A stretch of DNA of 64,000 bases from an uncultured Alphaproteobacteria bacterium (GCA_902575375.1 CACGRD010000003.1:300-64299), one strand, 5' to 3'. Positions 27,645-37,458 are shown, counted from the first letter of the stretch. Numbers and translations: made by a program. The notes: generated by a model from the letters alone, not told the origin.

Positions 27645-30293
27645 TTATTTTTTGAAGACTGTTATTATCTCTTTAAATGAGTTTGGAGTTATTTTTATTT
27701 TATTCCATATTTCCTCTTTAACATATAAATAATCCCAAATTCTGCCAGTAGTTTCAGATGCATCTTCACACCAAGTTTTTAATCTTTCAATTTTTCTAGG
27801 ATCATCAATATTTTCTGCTCCTTTTGTTTCTACAACCCACATGCTTCCATCAGTAAGTTTTATAGTAAAATCAGGAAAATAGTTTCCGATACTGCCATCG
27901 TTTTTTATATAACTAATTTTAAAATTTAATTGCTTAAAATTTTTAACAAATGATCTCACATCAGTAGTTGCATCTAAAAATTCTGCAAATCTTAATTCAA
28001 AATTTGAATCACCGACAATTTTATTGAATACCGATTTTTTTGCTGGCAAATATTCGTTTGTTCTTGGTACGCTAAAAGTTTTTGTTTGCCCAACTTTGAT
28101 ATAATCTACTATTTCTGTAGTTCCAGTATCTTTAACAGTTAACTTATTTATATATTCTTTAAAAGTTTCAATTATCGATCTTCTTACTTCAGTTTCACTA
28201 AGATTTCTTGCTACATTAGGATTATCTAAATCAACTTTTTTTTCAAAAAGAATATTTTGCATAAAAAATTTAACTTTTTCATATAAAATATCTTGTCCGC
28301 CAAATAATCTCATTTCACTCATGATTGATTTTGTAAAAAAAGATACAATAGATGATGAGTTTATCATTAATTCATCACTTACTTTAATTTCATAAGCAAC
28401 TTCACCTTCTAACATATATCTAAATACAAAATTTTTCTGGTCATCTTCTGTAAATTCTTTTAATTTTAAAGATTCAAAATTAAAGTTTTTAGGATTTAAT
28501 TCACTAAGATTGTTATAATTTCTTTGAATACGTGGAGTTAATACAGGTATTTGCAAATCTAATTTATCTAAATCCTTAGTTCTATCTACCTCAATAATTG
28601 TCGGACCTGATGATTCAGAAGTATTCCCCATTGATCTTTTCTCTAGAACAACTCCTTCTGATTTAATACTTTCTACAAAATCTAAAAATGCATCAGTGCC
28701 AACTACATTCAATTCTTCTGAAAGACTTTCTCCAAAATACATTCTTCTCAACCCTCGTCCCAATGTTTGTTCAGGAAGAATATTTGATTTGGCAGAATAA
28801 GGTCTAAGACCAACTACTGTTGTTACGTTTTTTACATCCCAGCCTTCTTTAAGCATTAACACAGATACAATAGCTTTAATGCTGTTTTGGTTAGAGTCAA
28901 CTTTGTTAGATAAATCTCTTAACTCTTTCAGTTCTTTTTGACTTTTTGATGAAACGCCCTCTTCAATTCTCCCTTCTTTGTTAGTATGAATAACGAATGT
29001 ACTATTTTTTAGTAATGGAAAATTATTTTCTAAATATTGTTTAACATCATCACAATTTTTTGTGTCATCAACCATTACAAAAAGTAATGCTTTTTTTCCA
29101 AGTTTAGAATGTTTTTCAAAGTCTTGTTGCCAAACTGTTACGCCTAAATTTATATAATCTCTAAATCTCTCAGAAAATTTTGTTGAAGTTTTTTCACTTA
29201 ATTTTCCTCTACTTGCTTCATCAGGAAGAACTGGTTTTTTAACTACCTCTTGAGCAATTGCTTCTACAAGAGGATAATCCGAAACAGTTTGTATAAAAAT
29301 ATCTCCATTTTGGTGTTTCGGAGTAGCTGTTACATCAATTTGGATACTGATTTTTTTTCCTTTTTGAATTAAATTATTATTTATATTTTCAATAGTTTTT
29401 GCCCATTGCATCGATGAATCATGAATATGGTGCGCTTCATCATTTAAAACCACTATGTCGTCTAATTGATTAACAATATATTTTACAAAAACTTTATTAT
29501 CTATTGTTTTAGCTTTTGGTTTTTCTCCTAAAAAATAATCTTTTAGATCACTATTATTTTTTAATTTTTTCTTTCTTTCTGAAAATCTTTGAATATTTGT
29601 TAGAAAAATGTTTCCTTCACTAGATAGATTATAAATATCATCTTGAATATATACTTTAACTTTAAAATCATTTTTCCATAATTTATTATCATAATTATTT
29701 GATGGAATAATTGGGTCTTGATTAAATATTTTTAAATCATCAAAATCAGCTTTCAATCTATCAAGCACAATTGTATTAGGTGCAATTATTAAAAAGTTTT
29801 TTGATAATTTAGAGTCATTTTCATATTGTTTGTTAAAATAACACCACGCTAGTAATAATGATAAAACTTTCGTTTTTCCTGTACCTGTTGCTTGTTTTAT
29901 TATTAATCTTAACCATTGCTCCTCAAACATTGATGGAAGAATGACTCCGGATGAATCATATTTTATTAAATCAGTTGGATTTACAATTTGTGCGACTTCA
30001 TATAAATAAATAATTGTTTCTACTGATTCTCTTTGGGCAAAATAATAGTTAAAGTCATTTTTGTGAGGTGTCTTAAACCAATATTCCAATAAAGATTTTG
30101 ATGTACTTGATACATTTGGGTAATTTTTTTTTCTCCATTCAAATACTTCTTTTCGAATTTTAGTTACTAGTGGCGCTAAGAGTTTTTCTCTAGCTCTGTC
30201 TCCTAAACTTTCATCTCCTGGAAACCATCTCACGTCAGGGTTGATTATATTAAACGGAGATTTTGGAAAATTTTTATTTAAACCCATTTTCAA
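27645..30293 (-). CDS. res: Type III restriction enzyme Res subunit (SF2 helicase plus C-terminal PD-(D/E)xK nuclease)
   Basis: Motif I QATGTGKTKV, motif II LNDEAHH, motif VI-like QTLGRGLRR, and a C-terminal nuclease motif YFPDFTIKL...WVVETKG. Confidence 0.85.
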   Translation of the reverse strand: MKMGLNKNFPKSPFNIINPDVRWFPGDESLGDRAREKLLAPLVTKIRKEVFEWRKKNYPNVSSTSKSLLEYWFKTPHKNDFNYYFAQRESVETIIYLYEVAQIVNPTDLIKYDSSGVILPSMFEEQWLRLIIKQATGTGKTKVLSLLLAWCYFNKQYENDSKLSKNFLIIAPNTIVLDRLKADFDDLKIFNQDPIIPSNNYDNKLWKNDFKVKVYIQDDIYNLSSEGNIFLTNIQRFSERKKKLKNNSDLKDYFLGEKPKAKTIDNKVFVKYIVNQLDDIVVLNDEAHHIHDSSMQWAKTIENINNNLIQKGKKISIQIDVTATPKHQNGDIFIQTVSDYPLVEAIAQEVVKKPVLPDEASRGKLSEKTSTKFSERFRDYINLGVTVWQQDFEKHSKLGKKALLFVMVDDTKNCDDVKQYLENNFPLLKNSTFVIHTNKEGRIEEGVSSKSQKELKELRDLSNKVDSNQNSIKAIVSVLMLKEGWDVKNVTTVVGLRPYSAKSNILPEQTLGRGLRRMYFGESLSEELNVVGTDAFLDFVESIKSEGVVLEKRSMGNTSESSGPTIIEVDRTKDLDKLDLQIPVLTPRIQRNYNNLSELNPKNFNFESLKLKEFTEDDQKNFVFRYMLEGEVAYEIKVSDELMINSSSIVSFFTKSIMSEMRLFGGQDILYEKVKFFMQNILFEKKVDLDNPNVARNLSETEVRRSIIETFKEYINKLTVKDTGTTEIVDYIKVGQTKTFSVPRTNEYLPAKKSVFNKIVGDSNFELRFAEFLDATTDVRSFVKNFKQLNFKISYIKNDGSIGNYFPDFTIKLTDGSMWVVETKGAENIDDPRKIERLKTWCEDASETTGRIWDYLYVKEEIWNKIKITPNSFKEIITVFKK

Positions 30294-31005
30294 TTACCTC
30301 AATAAATTTTTTAAAAGAACATAAAATTCCATTTGTAGGCGGTTGTCCTTTCTCTAATTTATTTATTTGTTCAATACTAAGTTTAAAAACATAACAATTA
30401 CCAGTTAAATCTAATTTTGAACCAACTTTTTTTAATGTGTTTGCACACACCATATACAAATCAATATTTAAATCTTCACAGTCTTTTACAATTCTCCGTA
30501 AAGACCTTGCTCCATAAATACCTTTCCAAGAAGGTCTTCGATTAATTTTTGAAATTAATCTTTCTGCCTCATGCTTGTTTTTAAATGGCATATAAAATGT
30601 TGTAAATTCAAATCCCTTCCATCCATTTGAACTTTTAAAAACATAATCTATGTCAACTGTATAATAATCATTATTATTTTTAGATAATGTAAATTCCATC
30701 AAAGATTTATATTTGCCATCTATAAGAAATTGAAGTTCGTGATAATTTGGATAAAGTTTTTGATTATTGGATTTAAAATCTAAATATACAAAAGGTATAC
30801 CTTTTTGACTTTTAGGTAAATTTTTTATATCTGAATTAATTTCATTTTTTTCTAATACATAAAATACTGTTCCATTATCAATTATTTTTCCTAAACAGAT
30901 TATATTCAAAATATTTTTCTTTCCATATTTTCTTGAAAGATCAGTTGATATATCTATTTCGATTTTTCCTATAGAATTTACATATGAGGGTATCGCTTGT
31001 GGCAT
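30274..31005 (-). CDS. uncharacterised 243-aa protein encoded between mod and res
   Basis: The ATG lies 2 nt after the mod stop (TAA-TC-ATG), and the 3' end overlaps the res start by 14-20 nt. I see no TM segment and no motif I recognise. Confidence 0.7.
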   Translation of the reverse strand: MPQAIPSYVNSIGKIEIDISTDLSRKYGKKNILNIICLGKIIDNGTVFYVLEKNEINSDIKNLPKSQKGIPFVYLDFKSNNQKLYPNYHELQFLIDGKYKSLMEFTLSKNNNDYYTVDIDYVFKSSNGWKGFEFTTFYMPFKNKHEAERLISKINRRPSWKGIYGARSLRRIVKDCEDLNIDLYMVCANTLKKVGSKLDLTGNCYVFKLSIEQINKLEKGQPPTNGILCSFKKFIEVIENGFK

Positions 31006-31007
31006 GA

Positions 31008-33206
31008 TTAAATTTTAACCTCCATTACTTTCATTGTATCATTTCCAAAAATATCAACCACCTTTACAGCAACTTTAGTTTTATCTTTTTTTATTTCTAT
31101 TTTTGAAGATATAAGATCTATTTTTTGATTTTTTTTTGTTCTAAATGATTGCCATTCATTTTCAAAAATATAATTTCCAGTCCAAACTTCTTCAATTTTT
31201 TCATCTTTCTTAAACTTTATTATTTCTGGTTTTGATTCAAAATCAAAGTCTACTGACCAATAATCAATCCAATCATACCAATTTTTTGTTAATATATCTC
31301 TTTTTATTACACCCTCTTTACTTTTAGCAACCCTTATAATATTCCCTGCTTCAGCAATAATTTTGCTACTTCCATTTTTAAGTTCCTCATCAATTCCTAA
31401 ATTATTTTCATTATAAAAAACTGCAAAATCTGTTAATTCAATTGATAAAAGATTTTTTTTTATTATTGGCCTAAATTCAATTGCCGCAACTTCAAAAAAA
31501 ACAACTTTCCCTTTTTTAACTGCTTCAACATCAAAAATGTCCATTGGAATTTGTTTATAATTCAATCTAAGTCCTTGTGATTTTGCCTCTTCTTGAACGG
31601 AGGGAAAAAGTCCCATTTCATATTCAAAACCCAATATATCAACGCTAGTGATATTATTTTTTAAACATTCTTTAATTACTTCTTCAACATGATGTCTAGA
31701 AAGACTCTGGTTAATTGGACCCAAAGAAACAAGAGTACTTCCTTTTTTACCTTTTATAGTTAAAAAACCACTTATTTTTTCGGCTTTGTATGCATCTAAA
31801 ATTAATTTCTCAAATTCTTGTTCTTTTCTTTTTTTATGTAATAGTTTAATTTCATCTCTTTCAGTTAATCCATCGTAAATATAATATTGTCTTTGATATT
31901 TACCTAAATTTAATAATTCAAATGCTCTCCAATTTTTTCCATCTTTTTTTAATTTTCTTTGGGTGGTAATTAATCTTTTCTTTGTTACATGTATTGAAAA
32001 TTTACCAATATCAGTAACTAGCCATTTTCTATTTAAATTTTCACAAACATTTGCAGTTGTTCCACTTCCATTAAAAAAATCACACACAATATCATTTTCA
32101 TTAGTGCATGCCTTGATTACCCTTTCTAAAAGTTGTGTTGAATTTTCAGTTGGGTAACCAGTTGAAAATGAATAACCTGGAATATCTGTCCAATTAGTAT
32201 CAATAGTTCCTGTTGATGAAGCTTCTACTAAATATTGGACTTTATTTGTTTTACTATTAATTCTTAGTTTTCCTTGTTTATATAGTTCATCCATTCTTTC
32301 TTGACTAAACTTGAAATGACAACCTTTTCTTGCATAAAAAGTTTTACCTTCCACAATTCTGCTTGGAGAACCAGAAACTCCAGCAGAATCATCTGTTGCT
32401 CTCCAATAACTCTCTCTTTTTTTGTCTAATTCATATTCTGTATTTAAATAAAAAAACTCTTCAGATTTTGAGTAGACATATAATGATTCTACACCTGATA
32501 GTAATGCTAATTGTTTTGTATTTTTAGTTACATTTTTTTTTGTTCTATTAATTACAATTTCATTTCTGAAATTATTAAAACCAAATATTTCGTCCAATAT
32601 ACCTTTTACATAATGTCCCCAATGAAAATCTATTCTCAATACTAATACACCATCATCTCTTAATAATTCTTTCATTAAATAAAGTCTTTCATACAGCATT
32701 TGTAAAAAACTATTTCCTTCTCTATTCCAGGTATTTCTGTATGCAAAATTTTCTATTACAGATGGCTCTTTATTAAATATTTCTCCATCTCCAATTGCTA
32801 CATCGATTGTATAATCTTGACCAACACTAAAAGGAGGATCAATGTATATAAGTTTAACTCCTCCCTCACTTTCAATCTCATTTCTCATAGGGCCATTTTT
32901 AATTGAAGATAAAATATATTTATTATCACCCCAAATTAATTTATTAGACCAACCAGCATTTTGTCTTCCTGATACAAAATCAAAAGAACCTTGAAGAAAT
33001 TTTATATTTTCATCTCTTGGTTCGTCTACTTGTTCAATGATCTGAAATGGAAGTGATAAATTTGAAATTTCATTTACTTTATTATTCCAGGTAATCTCTA
33101 CTTGTCTTTTTTCTCCAAATAAAAGAAATCTATATTTTTCTGGTAAATCTTTTCCTTCTTCAAGTAATTTTACTATATCTCTTTTTTCATTATCTGTAAG
33201 TTTCAT
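31008..33206 (-). CDS. mod: Type III-like DNA methyltransferase Mod (beta-class N6A/N4C) with a long C-terminal extension
   Basis: Motif IV YIDPPF at residues 121-126 precedes motif I FFNGSGTT at 377-384, which is the beta-class order. About 320 aa follow the methyltransferase core. Confidence 0.85.
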   Translation of the reverse strand: MKLTDNEKRDIVKLLEEGKDLPEKYRFLLFGEKRQVEITWNNKVNEISNLSLPFQIIEQVDEPRDENIKFLQGSFDFVSGRQNAGWSNKLIWGDNKYILSSIKNGPMRNEIESEGGVKLIYIDPPFSVGQDYTIDVAIGDGEIFNKEPSVIENFAYRNTWNREGNSFLQMLYERLYLMKELLRDDGVLVLRIDFHWGHYVKGILDEIFGFNNFRNEIVINRTKKNVTKNTKQLALLSGVESLYVYSKSEEFFYLNTEYELDKKRESYWRATDDSAGVSGSPSRIVEGKTFYARKGCHFKFSQERMDELYKQGKLRINSKTNKVQYLVEASSTGTIDTNWTDIPGYSFSTGYPTENSTQLLERVIKACTNENDIVCDFFNGSGTTANVCENLNRKWLVTDIGKFSIHVTKKRLITTQRKLKKDGKNWRAFELLNLGKYQRQYYIYDGLTERDEIKLLHKKRKEQEFEKLILDAYKAEKISGFLTIKGKKGSTLVSLGPINQSLSRHHVEEVIKECLKNNITSVDILGFEYEMGLFPSVQEEAKSQGLRLNYKQIPMDIFDVEAVKKGKVVFFEVAAIEFRPIIKKNLLSIELTDFAVFYNENNLGIDEELKNGSSKIIAEAGNIIRVAKSKEGVIKRDILTKNWYDWIDYWSVDFDFESKPEIIKFKKDEKIEEVWTGNYIFENEWQSFRTKKNQKIDLISSKIEIKKDKTKVAVKVVDIFGNDTMKVMEVKI

Positions 33207-33384
33207 TCTTTATTATTTATAAGAATATCATTTAAGAAATTATTCAACAATCATGTTTTAATATTTATTCATCTGTAATGTTGAAAAGATTTGTTGGCTA
33301 TTAATTAAGTTTAACATTTCACTTTTCAAATTTTATTATTTGTCAAAAAGTAAAAAGTACATCGTCTTAGATTATTAATTTGTA

Positions 33385-34149
33385 TCATATACCTGATTTA
33401 CGGTATATACAATGTTTGCAGTTTGGATTTTGATCTGGAATTTTATGATTATCTAATGTTTTTTTAATATTTAAAATTGTTTTATCAACCCAAGAATAGT
33501 CTCCTTCATAGGATAAAATATCAATTTTAAATTTTAACTCTTCATTAAAGTTTTCTATATTTTTGTAATATGCACTGCAAAATACAAAATAGGCTGTTGT
33601 AGAAACATCAAAGCCATTTTTATTAAACAGCCATTGATAAAATTCAACTTGTTTCTTATACCAATATTTATGAGGAGCCCCTTTCTCATCTAATGAGGCA
33701 TCTAGAGGTTCATTTGTTTTTTTATCATATGATACTGTTGTACTTTTATAATCAGCAATAAAAATTTTACCATTATTGTCAGTCCAACAATCATCTATTG
33801 CGCCGTATAATAGAAAATTAGTATTAGTATCGTGATACTTTATTCCTTTACGGTTATTTTGCCAATCTTCAATTTTATCATGCTGATAAGGAATTAAATC
33901 TATACCATGCTCTTTACAGTATGGGTGAATAGTTTGTGTTTTTCTGTATTTATCAAATTCATTTTTAAGTAATTTATCCAAAGCTGTTGGAATATATGAC
34001 ATTGGTCCTGATGGACGGGCTATGCGATATTTTTCTGATCGATCAATATAAAAACAACGTGGACATTGTAAAAATAAATCAACCTTGCTTCGACTAAGCT
34101 CAAAAGATTCATTTTGACCGGTAATATAAAGTGATTTTTTTTTTGCCAT
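33385..34149 (-). CDS. PD-(D/E)xK nuclease of the Cas4/RecB-like family with four Fe-S-type cysteines
   Basis: N-terminal CPRC, GAIDD...IFIADYKST (D...D-x-K), QVEFYQWL (Q-x-x-x-Y) and C-terminal CKHC. Confidence 0.7.
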   Translation of the reverse strand: MAKKKSLYITGQNESFELSRSKVDLFLQCPRCFYIDRSEKYRIARPSGPMSYIPTALDKLLKNEFDKYRKTQTIHPYCKEHGIDLIPYQHDKIEDWQNNRKGIKYHDTNTNFLLYGAIDDCWTDNNGKIFIADYKSTTVSYDKKTNEPLDASLDEKGAPHKYWYKKQVEFYQWLFNKNGFDVSTTAYFVFCSAYYKNIENFNEELKFKIDILSYEGDYSWVDKTILNIKKTLDNHKIPDQNPNCKHCIYRKSGI

Positions 34150-34193
34150 AAATATTTATTTTTATTTATATTTTAAATAAATCAAATAACAAT

Positions 34194-34493
34194 CTAACTA
34201 TTTTTAGATTTTATATATAGAATTAGTGGTACAATAAATAAAAAACCAAAAAGTAAGAAAATTTTTATAACTAACTCTAACACCCAAGGTGCATTCATAT
34301 ATTCATCTATACAGATATCTTGTGCAGTTCCTTGATCACTATAAACAAAATTATTATCTACGCTTTGACAATATTCTAAAGCATTTTCAAATACTGGTGT
34401 ACTTGGACTTTTATGAACAAACAAAGAGTTTAGAGCTATAATAGAGATTACAACAGGTGTAATTAAGAAATAAAACCAGAAGTTATTAATCAT
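34194..34493 (-). CDS. small 2-TM membrane protein with a Cys-containing loop, unknown function
   Basis: Hydrophobic ends. It overlaps the upstream ORF by 8 nt and lies on the same strand as the nuclease, mod, X and res genes. Confidence 0.5.
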   Translation of the reverse strand: MINNFWFYFLITPVVISIIALNSLFVHKSPSTPVFENALEYCQSVDNNFVYSDQGTAQDICIDEYMNAPWVLELVIKIFLLFGFLFIVPLILYIKSKNS

Positions 34494-34755
34494 ACAAATG
34501 AAAATAATTTAATTTAAATGACCAGGTAGATGTCACAAGACAGAGAAAAAACATAACATACAAAACTTCTTTTTGAAATTCTGGAGCTTCTTTTTTCTTA
34601 AAATGTAAATAATAGAGCCATGATGCTATAATTATAGAAATAAATAAGAATAATCCGCTTTGTAGATATTCAAATTCTATATTGATACTAAAAGATAAAG
34701 CTAAAACGATAAAATAAGATGTTAAAAATAATATAACTCTTGATAAGGACTCCAT
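34486..34755 (-). CDS. small 3-TM membrane protein, unknown function
   Basis: Hydrophobicity pattern only. It is the first gene of the same-strand run. Confidence 0.5.
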   Translation of the reverse strand: MESLSRVILFLTSYFIVLALSFSINIEFEYLQSGLFLFISIIIASWLYYLHFKKKEAPEFQKEVLYVMFFLCLVTSTWSFKLNYFHLYD

Positions 34756-34862
34756 AAAACATTTTTAATTTTCAATTTTAACGATTTGTTGTTCAAATTA
34801 TGTTTGTATTAAGATTTGTTCTTAATGTTACCTCAATTATTAATCATTTTATCAAATTTTAT

Positions 34863-34882
34863 GAGAGGCATGTATGCCTCTC
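34863..34882 (-). terminator. GC-rich perfect hairpin downstream of the 62-aa gene
   Basis: GAGAGGCAT (34863-34871) and ATGCCTCTC (34874-34882) form a perfect inverted repeat 10 nt beyond the stop of ORF 34892-35080. The U-tract is imperfect. Confidence 0.45.
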
Positions 34883-34891
34883 TTATCATAA

Positions 34892-35080
34892 TTATTTCTT
34901 CAGTTTAAAACCTTGTTCTTCTAGAATTTTTATTAATCTTTCAAGCTGTTCTTCTCTTGATAGTTCTAGAAAGTTTTTATCTACTTTTTTAAAAAAAGTA
35001 TTTTTAATACCTTCTTTTTTTTCTCGTTGATTAATAAAATCTTTAATAGATTTAGCAAAATATAATTTAAAGTTGAACAT
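34892..35080 (-). CDS. small hydrophilic protein (62 aa), unknown function
   Basis: Strong RBS (AAAGGAGATATAATG). I prefer it to the overlapping plus-strand ORF 34800-35030. Confidence 0.5.
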   Translation of the reverse strand: MFNFKLYFAKSIKDFINQREKKEGIKNTFFKKVDKNFLELSREEQLERLIKILEEQGFKLKK

Positions 35081-35316
35081 TATATCTCCTTTAGCGTTTT
35101 GTTTTGAGTCCCAGCAATTAGAGTATCTAAATCAGGACATAGTTATTTTAACACATATGATATTTTTTTGAATATTTTAATGAGTAATTTGATTGTTATT
35201 TTAGTTATGTAGTAAGGAATTAAACCAAATATTATTAACTCTGTGATCATCGATATTTAATAAAATTCAAATTTTTACCTTATTTCAAACATGAAATTAT
35301 CATTATCATTCACTAA

Positions 35317-36099
35317 TTGTTAAATGTGGCACTAATAATAAGAATTGTAACTTTCATAATTAGTTTATTTTTCATTATTTTACTCCTTCTTGGTGCCACA
35401 ACTTCTTTTTCAACTGAATGGTATGAAAGTGATTTATATCCAATGAAATTTAGAGTTTTATCTCCTAAAGAACTTTTAATTGATCAACTTAATATCCAAA
35501 ATGAATTCAAAGAGATTGAATCTCATGAAGAATGGACTGAAAGAGCCTATCTTTATTATCCGTTAGTTGAATTTGATGATGATGAAGATGTAATTATATG
35601 TGGTGCACAGCTAATTATTATAGAACCATCAGGTCATAATATAAAATATGAATTTATTACAAATATTGAGAATTATGAATTGAAACATCATGTTTTATTG
35701 AGAAGTGTTGTAGTTTCTCTCAATAACGTTGATGAACAAGATTATGAACAGTTTGAACAAAAATTATACGGATTTGAAATAGTTAAAGATAATCAACTTA
35801 TAACCAATCTATTTAAACCAGAAAATAGCTCAAAGCATGAGTTTGATTATTATACACCTTCAAATTTCACTGCTAACGGCGGTCAGTTTTATAAAACTAT
35901 TTTAGAGGGTGGATATGATATTAGAACTTTTTTTGCTCCAGAAATGTCTAGAGTTATACCCGTTGCTAAGAACAGATGGTTTCTAAGTCACCCCAAAAGT
36001 ATAATTGATAACTGCATACATGAATTAAAAAATAATCAATATAAATTAAAAAAACCTAAAGGTGAGATCTTTGAAGAGGCCTATCATAGAACTGGATAA
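35317..36099 (+). CDS. hypothetical protein with an N-terminal TM anchor
   Basis: Long ORF with an acidic stretch and no motif I recognise. The start is a TTG, or a GTG 9 nt downstream. Confidence 0.5.
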   Translation: MLNVALIIRIVTFIISLFFIILLLLGATTSFSTEWYESDLYPMKFRVLSPKELLIDQLNIQNEFKEIESHEEWTERAYLYYPLVEFDDDEDVIICGAQLIIIEPSGHNIKYEFITNIENYELKHHVLLRSVVVSLNNVDEQDYEQFEQKLYGFEIVKDNQLITNLFKPENSSKHEFDYYTPSNFTANGGQFYKTILEGGYDIRTFFAPEMSRVIPVAKNRWFLSHPKSIIDNCIHELKNNQYKLKKPKGEIFEEAYHRTG

Positions 36100-36122
36100 A
36101 TTTATTTAAATTTAATTAAAAA

Positions 36123-36677
36123 CTATTTTTTTAAAATATGTAAGATGGCATATTTTCCAGATAAAACTGAAGAACTGAGTATTGAATCGTTATATTTTTT
36201 TTCAAATTCAATTTGTGGTAATGCTCCAAAGCTTTCTTTTATTTCTATATTTAGAGCATAAGCTTTAATATTATATACATGCATTCCGTGCGGGGGACAT
36301 GGTCCATCATAATTTTCTTTATAATTGCTGTTTTGACCACTCTTGCCGATATCAATTTTTCCATCTTTCATTGCTGGCAATTCGTTTACGTCAGTTGGGA
36401 TATCAAATAATACCCAATGAACCCAAATTTTACCTGCCAGGCTCATTGCATCTGGGTCATCCATTATTAATACAATTGATTTAGCATTTTCAGGGACATT
36501 AGAAATATTTATTGGAATAGATATATTCTCACCACCTCTTTTCTCACATGCATACTTTTTTGGTATACTTTCTCCATCATTAAATGCTGGAGATATTATT
36601 TCTATAGCATTGCAGCTAAAAGATAATAATAAAAGTGTTGATAAAAAATATTTAATCATAATTTTACAATAAAACAT
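36123..36677 (-). CDS. secreted phosphatidylethanolamine-binding protein (PEBP; YbhB/YbcL family)
   Basis: Signal peptide, then IVLIMDDPDA, WVHWVLFDIP and YDGPCPPHGMHVY blocks. An alternative start is the ATG at 36659. Confidence 0.75.
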   Translation of the reverse strand: MFYCKIMIKYFLSTLLLLSFSCNAIEIISPAFNDGESIPKKYACEKRGGENISIPINISNVPENAKSIVLIMDDPDAMSLAGKIWVHWVLFDIPTDVNELPAMKDGKIDIGKSGQNSNYKENYDGPCPPHGMHVYNIKAYALNIEIKESFGALPQIEFEKKYNDSILSSSVLSGKYAILHILKK

Positions 36678-36849
36678 TTTATTAAATTAATATTAAACAA
36701 ATATTAATAATAATTTTTAATAAAATTTAGATTCTTATCTGATTCTCATAAAATAGAATTTTTTGGACTTTAAAAAAGTATTATTATATAATTAATTAAC
36801 ACAAAAAATATATTTACCAATTAAAATTCATTAATAAAAAACATATTCT

Positions 36850-37458
36850 ATGAAAGAAACTTACTATAAGCCCTTTGGACCAACAATAGGTAAATATAAT
36901 TTATCACATACAATGATTGGTAAAGTTAATTCATTTGCAAATAAAATAATTGAAAATAAACACAAAAGTAAAGTATTGGATCACTCACATAGATTAGTGG
37001 GAAATGTTCAACAACAATTTCGCTTAACAAAAGATTTTCTTTTTACTAGCGGTTTAGAAAAACAACTTAACCGCATTATTGAATCTTATTACAAAAACGT
37101 CATTCAAGTTAAGCCCTCCTCCATAAAAATTGATCGCGCGTGGATTGTTAGACAATTTGCTGGTGATTTTAACCCACCACATATTCATAGAGGGAATGTT
37201 AGTGGAGTTTGTTATCTTAAAGTTCCAAATTCTATTAAATATAACAAAGAGATTGCTTTTGCTGGAAGACTTTCTTTTTTTGATGGTCGTGTCTCCATGC
37301 CACGCAATAGTCCTCCTTTGGTAAAGCATCGTATTACCTTTAAACCTCGTGTCGGTGATATGTATATATTTCCTGCTTTTTTAATGCATGATGTTCATCC
37401 TTTTCGTAAAGATGGCGAGCGAAGATGTTTTTCTTTTAATGCATTTGTAAAAACTTAA
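36850..37458 (+). CDS. 2OG-Fe(II) oxygenase-like protein (TIGR02466-type, common in marine phages and picoplankton)
   Basis: NPPHIHRGNVSGVCYL, MYIFPAFLMHDVHPF and RRCFSFNAF blocks. Confidence 0.65.
   Translation: MKETYYKPFGPTIGKYNLSHTMIGKVNSFANKIIENKHKSKVLDHSHRLVGNVQQQFRLTKDFLFTSGLEKQLNRIIESYYKNVIQVKPSSIKIDRAWIVRQFAGDFNPPHIHRGNVSGVCYLKVPNSIKYNKEIAFAGRLSFFDGRVSMPRNSPPLVKHRITFKPRVGDMYIFPAFLMHDVHPFRKDGERRCFSFNAFVKT

Noticed and set aside
31129-32541. A9/T9 homopolymer tracts inside mod (for example 31129-31137, 31453-31461, 32533-32541) and res (30126-30134) as possible phase-variation switches of a phasevarion.
   Set aside because: Runs of 8-10 A/T occur throughout ordinary genes in this window (for example A10 and T10 at 616-656 in the aldolase gene). 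They mostly encode Lys/Phe runs and so are not specific to the R-M genes.
34800-35030. A plus-strand 76-aa ORF overlapping the minus-strand 62-aa ORF.
   Set aside because: The minus-strand ORF has a near-consensus RBS and a terminator hairpin. The plus-strand ORF has neither, and its translation is rich in Ser, Phe and Leu.
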